A DNA stretch of 64,000 nt from the NCBI GenBank assembly GCA_030603365.1, contig JAUVXV010000008.1, positions 85,388 to 149,387 of the forward strand, given 5' to 3'. Origin of the DNA: Candidatus Heimdallarchaeota archaeon. GTDB taxonomy: Archaea > Asgardarchaeota > Heimdallarchaeia > Heimdallarchaeales > Heimdallarchaeaceae. The stretch's first letter is position 1. Every line of letters begins with the position of its first letter. Below the pieces are notes generated by a model. That model saw only the letters and a list, made by a program, of their open reading frames with translations, was not told the origin of the DNA and searched no databases. Both the position numbers and the translations under genes were made by a program. Shown one piece after another: positions 60,266 to 64,000 of this stretch.

Positions 60266-61213
60266 TTATATATTGAGAGCGATTAATGGATTATCTGGTT
60301 GAATCAATATTTTGAACGCAAACCATCCTATAAACATTAAGACAACTGAATGCATTAAACCAGCTTTTATAGTCATCTTTGACATCTTTCCTGCTACCAA
60401 GCCTGAGAAGAATGCTTGAATTGCTAACATATGCAAGAAAAGAATTTCCAAAATATCCAAATCGATATTTAATAGAAACATCCCTGCAGTCTGTTCTTGC
60501 GTAATGTTTGCTTGTCCAAACGGAATGAAGAATGTTTGGAATAAAATAACTACAACTAAGATAAATATAATATATGAAGCATATACAATCCAGACATAGG
60601 GTTTCATTGCTCCTTCTCTCTCTTTTTTGAGATTTAACAATGTTTGGACATGTTTTTCAGTAGCTTCGAAGATTTCTTCAAGATTTCCTCCGGACCTTTC
60701 AGCTTCAAGAATCAAAACAGTAGCTCTTTGAGCTAAAGGAGTATGAATTGCATCCTGGAAGTCTTCCATTGCTTGACTAAATGGTATACCCCATGAAATC
60801 TTACTTGACATTTTTCTTAATTCTGGTGTTAATGGACCATAGTGTCTTTTTGCGGATTCTTGTATGGCTCTAGGTAGACTCATACCAGTTCTCTGAGCAT
60901 TACTGATTTCCCTCAAAAGATAAGGTAGATTTTCATCTATCCTGGCTTGTCTTCTTTCTTCTCTATAAACAATCAGGAAGGTTGGAATTCCAATGACAAC
61001 GATAATTGCTAGAATTACAAAATCGTTAATATCAAGAATTGTTATGAAATCACTAATTATATTTCCTTCTGCATCTTTTTGAGTAGTCAGAACATCAATA
61101 ATACCTAGGGTTACTAAAATGATTCCTGCTACACCAGCTATAATCCAATAGATAATATCTTGTGTAATTTGAAACTGTTTAACTTCAACTTCTACTTCGT
61201 CTTGTATCGCCAT
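60266..61213 (-). CDS. Type II secretion F-family (TadB/C, ArlJ-like) platform protein
   Basis: LP.LLR.IS...TGM, YG.LT.EL, SGG, 3 C-terminal TM helices. Confidence 0.9.
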   Translation of the reverse strand: MAIQDEVEVEVKQFQITQDIIYWIIAGVAGIILVTLGIIDVLTTQKDAEGNIISDFITILDINDFVILAIIVVIGIPTFLIVYREERRQARIDENLPYLLREISNAQRTGMSLPRAIQESAKRHYGPLTPELRKMSSKISWGIPFSQAMEDFQDAIHTPLAQRATVLILEAERSGGNLEEIFEATEKHVQTLLNLKKEREGAMKPYVWIVYASYIIFILVVVILFQTFFIPFGQANITQEQTAGMFLLNIDLDILEILFLHMLAIQAFFSGLVAGKMSKMTIKAGLMHSVVLMFIGWFAFKILIQPDNPLIALNI

Positions 61214-61218
61214 TTTTA

Positions 61219-62082
61219 TCACATCTCAGGCTGCTGAGCGTCAATCAGCACAATTATTGCAAGTTCGGAAACTGGAATGATAATATACACTAAAACTGCC
61301 ATCAACAGATTAGGATTACTTGAATCTCCTCCAAGCATTGACATCATAGCTAAGATGACTATGAAGAAGATTGGAGACACCACTCCGAGGACCATGAACA
61401 ATTCTGCCATAATTCCTAATGTTTCAATGAAATTTCTCTCAATTTGAACTTGATCTTTCATTAGAGTTTCGGATGAAACCTCTAAATATCTTTGAAGTTC
61501 TCCACCAGATGTAAAAGTACCAATAATTCCTTCTAAGAAACTTGAGTATTTTGCAGAGGGAGATCTCAAAGATGCCTCACTCAATGCATGAACTATATCG
61601 TACCCGAAAACCTGTATGTCTCTAGATATTTTCTTGGCATCTTTTACAATAGCTTCACCAATCTTTTCTTTTGTTAAAGAAAGAAAAATCCTATCAGGTG
61701 TAACACCTGCTGAAGCCATCGCTGTCATGTAGCTAGATGCTGTTGGTAAAGCTGCTTCTAGTTTCTTTTTTCTTTCTCCAACTAGATAGCTTGGATACAC
61801 CCAAGTAAACACAAACATGCTAATTAAAACTAAAATCGGTAACACTATTACCAAAATTACTGAGAAATCAGGAACGACTATTTTAACCGCAATAAGAACC
61901 ACAAGGGATACAATTGCGAGAATTATTGCCCAAAAGAGTCTAACACTTAAATACATTCGGACACTTTTATCAACTCCAGCCTTTCTGAGGGTTGTTCTTA
62001 ACCCATCAAATTCAGCTAAGTATGGTTCTATTATCCTCCCTATATATGAGTAAGCTATTGATTCGATGATTTTTGAGCTCAT
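61219..62082 (-). CDS. Type II secretion F-family (TadB/C, ArlJ-like) platform protein
   Basis: LRKAG, LP.A..YM.AMASAG, FGYD...AL, SPS, SGG. Start refined to ATG 62082 with GAGGA SD. Confidence 0.9.
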   Translation of the reverse strand: MSSKIIESIAYSYIGRIIEPYLAEFDGLRTTLRKAGVDKSVRMYLSVRLFWAIILAIVSLVVLIAVKIVVPDFSVILVIVLPILVLISMFVFTWVYPSYLVGERKKKLEAALPTASSYMTAMASAGVTPDRIFLSLTKEKIGEAIVKDAKKISRDIQVFGYDIVHALSEASLRSPSAKYSSFLEGIIGTFTSGGELQRYLEVSSETLMKDQVQIERNFIETLGIMAELFMVLGVVSPIFFIVILAMMSMLGGDSSNPNLLMAVLVYIIIPVSELAIIVLIDAQQPEM

Positions 62083-62343
62083 AATAATATCCTCGAAACA
62101 TTTGGATTTTATGTTATACAACATTATATTGTATAAGGACTATTTAACATTTCCTCGATAGGTAAATAGCATCTTTCTTCTTTTGAAATTTGCTGTTCAT
62201 GCAAAAAGAGATTTTATAGATTAAAAATATTCAGATAGAGTTTCTATCACTTCTAAAAAAGGAATTGGCTATTTCAGGGGATTGTCGCTTGAAACAATCA
62301 CTAACTATAAAAATGTAAACACTAATTTTTTATTCGAACTCAA

Positions 62344-63066
62344 ATGACTCTTTATATAATTCAATCAACTGGTGAAATGACTGAATGTACAAATAAAGAA
62401 ATTGCACTTGCATCAACAAATGTTTTAGTAGTTATTTCTCATACACAAAAGAAAATCTACACTTGGATAGGAGGTCAATCATCTCCACATTCAAAATTTG
62501 CTTGTGCTCGAGAAACTGCTAGATTACGTATGGAATTAGGATATAAAATCGTAAATCTTGAAGAATCAGCAACAAACGATGAGTTTCTACAGGCTGTAGA
62601 CATAGCTTGTAATATTCAATCAGACTCTGCAACTACTCGCAAACCAAAACCAGTTAAACCAATCGCTAAAGCTGATCCAAAACCTAAAACCAAGACAGCA
62701 GCTAAACCCAAAACTGAAACAAAACCTAAGACAGCAGCCAAACCTAAGGCAAAACCAAAAGCTGAACCAAAGGAAACAAAAGAAGATACAGCCAGACGAT
62801 ATTCTTCAAAAACCGTTGAAACAACAATAGTAGATATTGAACACATAATGAAACAGTTAGAAGTTTTACCTCATCTTGGAAATAGCATTAGAGATTATGT
62901 AATAATTAGTGACACATTATATATTGCTCCAGAAAATCTTGAAAAACCAGGCACAGAATCTAAAGTAAAATTGCCAGACGGATCTTTTGTAGCTGATGAT
63001 TATGTCCCAAGGCTTTTTCTAGAAAATGGCAAGATTATTGCTGTGGAGCTTTGGAGAGAAAATTAG
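62344..63066 (+). CDS. Gelsolin-domain protein with K/P/A-rich linker and C-terminal domain (1DGelX-like architecture)
   Basis: L.S..VLVV.....KIYTWIG..SS...KF..A gelsolin pattern; C-terminal RDYVII...LPDGSF.A.DY.PR...ENGKI.A.E domain. Confidence 0.72.
   Translation: MTLYIIQSTGEMTECTNKEIALASTNVLVVISHTQKKIYTWIGGQSSPHSKFACARETARLRMELGYKIVNLEESATNDEFLQAVDIACNIQSDSATTRKPKPVKPIAKADPKPKTKTAAKPKTETKPKTAAKPKAKPKAEPKETKEDTARRYSSKTVETTIVDIEHIMKQLEVLPHLGNSIRDYVIISDTLYIAPENLEKPGTESKVKLPDGSFVADDYVPRLFLENGKIIAVELWREN
62641..62772 (+). repeat. Low-complexity coding repeat (KPK/TAAKPK units)
   Basis: KPKPVKPIAKADPKPKTKTAAKPKTETKPKTAAKPKAKPKAEPK; aagacagcagc occurs repeatedly in the DNA. Confidence 0.8.
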
Positions 63067-63596
63067 AAGCCTTGTTTCTTCATTACCTGTTCAGCAATTA
63101 TGGAATAAATATCACTTACACCATCACCTAATCTTGCTGAAGATTCCAAGACAGTGTGATTTTTTACACCCCATGTCTCTTCAGCTTCTTTCAATGTGAC
63201 AGTTCTTTCTTCTTCTAAATCTGTTTTATTACCCACAATAATAATAGGTATATCTGGACACTTCTCTTCAACTTCTTTAATCCAATTGTCAATGTGATCA
63301 AAAGATTCTCTTCGTGTTACATCGAAAACCACAACAGCTCCATGAGCTCCTGTATAGTAACGTTTACGTAAGGTTGCTAGTTTTTCTTGCCCTACTGTAT
63401 CAAATAGAACTAATCTCAAAGTAACATCTTCATCATATTGAATTATTTTACTGTAAAAATCTACCCCTAAGGTAGGTAGATACGATGTTGAAAAACGGTT
63501 TTGTGTATATCTCACCGCTAAACTGGTTTTTCCAACTCGGAAATCTCCTGCGTTTATTATCTTAATAATGTAAGTAACATTAGGGGATAAAGACAT
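63063..63596 (-). CDS. Rab-like small GTPase
   Basis: GDFRVGKTS, YLPTLGVDF, DTVGQE, YYTGA, GNKTDL, ESSA. Start refined to ATG 63596. Confidence 0.92.
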   Translation of the reverse strand: MSLSPNVTYIIKIINAGDFRVGKTSLAVRYTQNRFSTSYLPTLGVDFYSKIIQYDEDVTLRLVLFDTVGQEKLATLRKRYYTGAHGAVVVFDVTRRESFDHIDNWIKEVEEKCPDIPIIIVGNKTDLEEERTVTLKEAEETWGVKNHTVLESSARLGDGVSDIYSIIAEQVMKKQGF

Positions 63597-63772
63597 TATA
63601 ATTGAATAAACTTCGAAGAATATAAAATTCTTTGTTTTCTTGCCATCACAAATGCACTGTCTAAAATGCAATTGAACCTTCTGATTATTATGAAAGATAT
63701 TTGTCATGTAGTCATGTTAAATGAACTAACAATCACTCTGAACGTATGCGTTAGACCAGATATTACTGGAGC

Positions 63773-63780
63773 TTTTATAG
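63773..63780 (+). promoter_or_regulatory. Candidate TATA box for a leaderless tnpB transcript
   Basis: TTTTATAG ending 22 nt before ATG 63802; no SD visible. Confidence 0.35.
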
Positions 63781-63801
63781 GAAAATACAACTGAACTACT
63801 G

Positions 63802-64000
63802 ATGACACAGGTCTTACGAGCTGAATGTATAGAAGTAGACTATCATCCAGCGTTGAGCAAGCTTTGTCATCAAGTGAAGAATCTCTATAATCGAGCTAAT
63901 TTCCTTTTCAAAACCTCTCTTAATAAGCAGAACAAGCTCCTGTACTATTATGACCTCAACTCTTTACTCAAGAACGAAGAATGCTATAAGATTTTACCAG
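63802..64000 (+). CDS. tnpB: TnpB-family RNA-guided nuclease of an IS200/IS605-group element, 5' part only
   Basis: Not in the ORF track; manual translation MTQVLRAECIEVDYHPALSKLCHQVKNLYNRANF...LYYYDLNSLLKNEECYKILP matches the TnpB N-terminal C...KNLYN.AN...L...LK...YK.LP pattern. Confidence 0.8.
   Translation, partial: MTQVLRAECIEVDYHPALSKLCHQVKNLYNRANFLFKTSLNKQNKLLYYYDLNSLLKNEECYKILP

Noticed and set aside
53770-62082. Calling the T4P locus an archaellum operon
   Set aside because: No recognisable archaellin, ArlF/G or adjacent ArlH, and it has two short platform genes instead of one ArlJ.
918-62846. Numerous 60-135 aa ORFs in the track that overlap longer genes (e.g. 5740-6111, 11274-11648, 45960-46331, 56380-56787)
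   Set aside because: Antisense or off-frame shadows of well-supported genes, with no motifs of their own.
1-64000. CRISPR arrays, tRNA, rRNA, selenocysteine recoding
   Set aside because: No regularly spaced repeats, GC-rich structured RNA stretches or motif-interrupting TGA codons were seen by eye; a covariance-model scan was not possible.

Overview
AT-rich, gene-dense archaeal chromosome segment. It very likely comes from an Asgard archaeon (Heimdallarchaeia-like, inferred from gene content only): archaeal housekeeping genes (RIO2, S17e, DUF460, DUF211, DUF354, IorAB, TldD/E, Hsp20) sit beside eukaryotic-signature proteins, namely an ESCRT-II Vps22/36-like protein, a gelsolin-domain protein, a Rab-like GTPase and a giant protein with a probable N-terminal longin domain. 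Mobile content is a LAGLIDADG intein in the class II ribonucleotide reductase and the 5' end of a TnpB gene at the right edge. The most unusual regions are: (1) an intact NuoJ-K-L-N-like membrane module that has lost most proton-channel residues, flanked by two paralogous surface proteins and a divergent long-chain prenyltransferase; (2) a split, convergent type IV pilus locus with five pilin-like genes, abutting the gelsolin/Rab pair; (3) a PIN-helical-beta fusion protein upstream of a KaiC-like ATPase and rps17e; (4) a tandem inositol-phosphate synthase pair whose second copy has a remodelled active site; (5) a promoter/SD/25-codon ORF folded into a hairpin. No rRNA, tRNA or CRISPR array was seen. 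All family calls come from motif recognition by eye, with no database searches.
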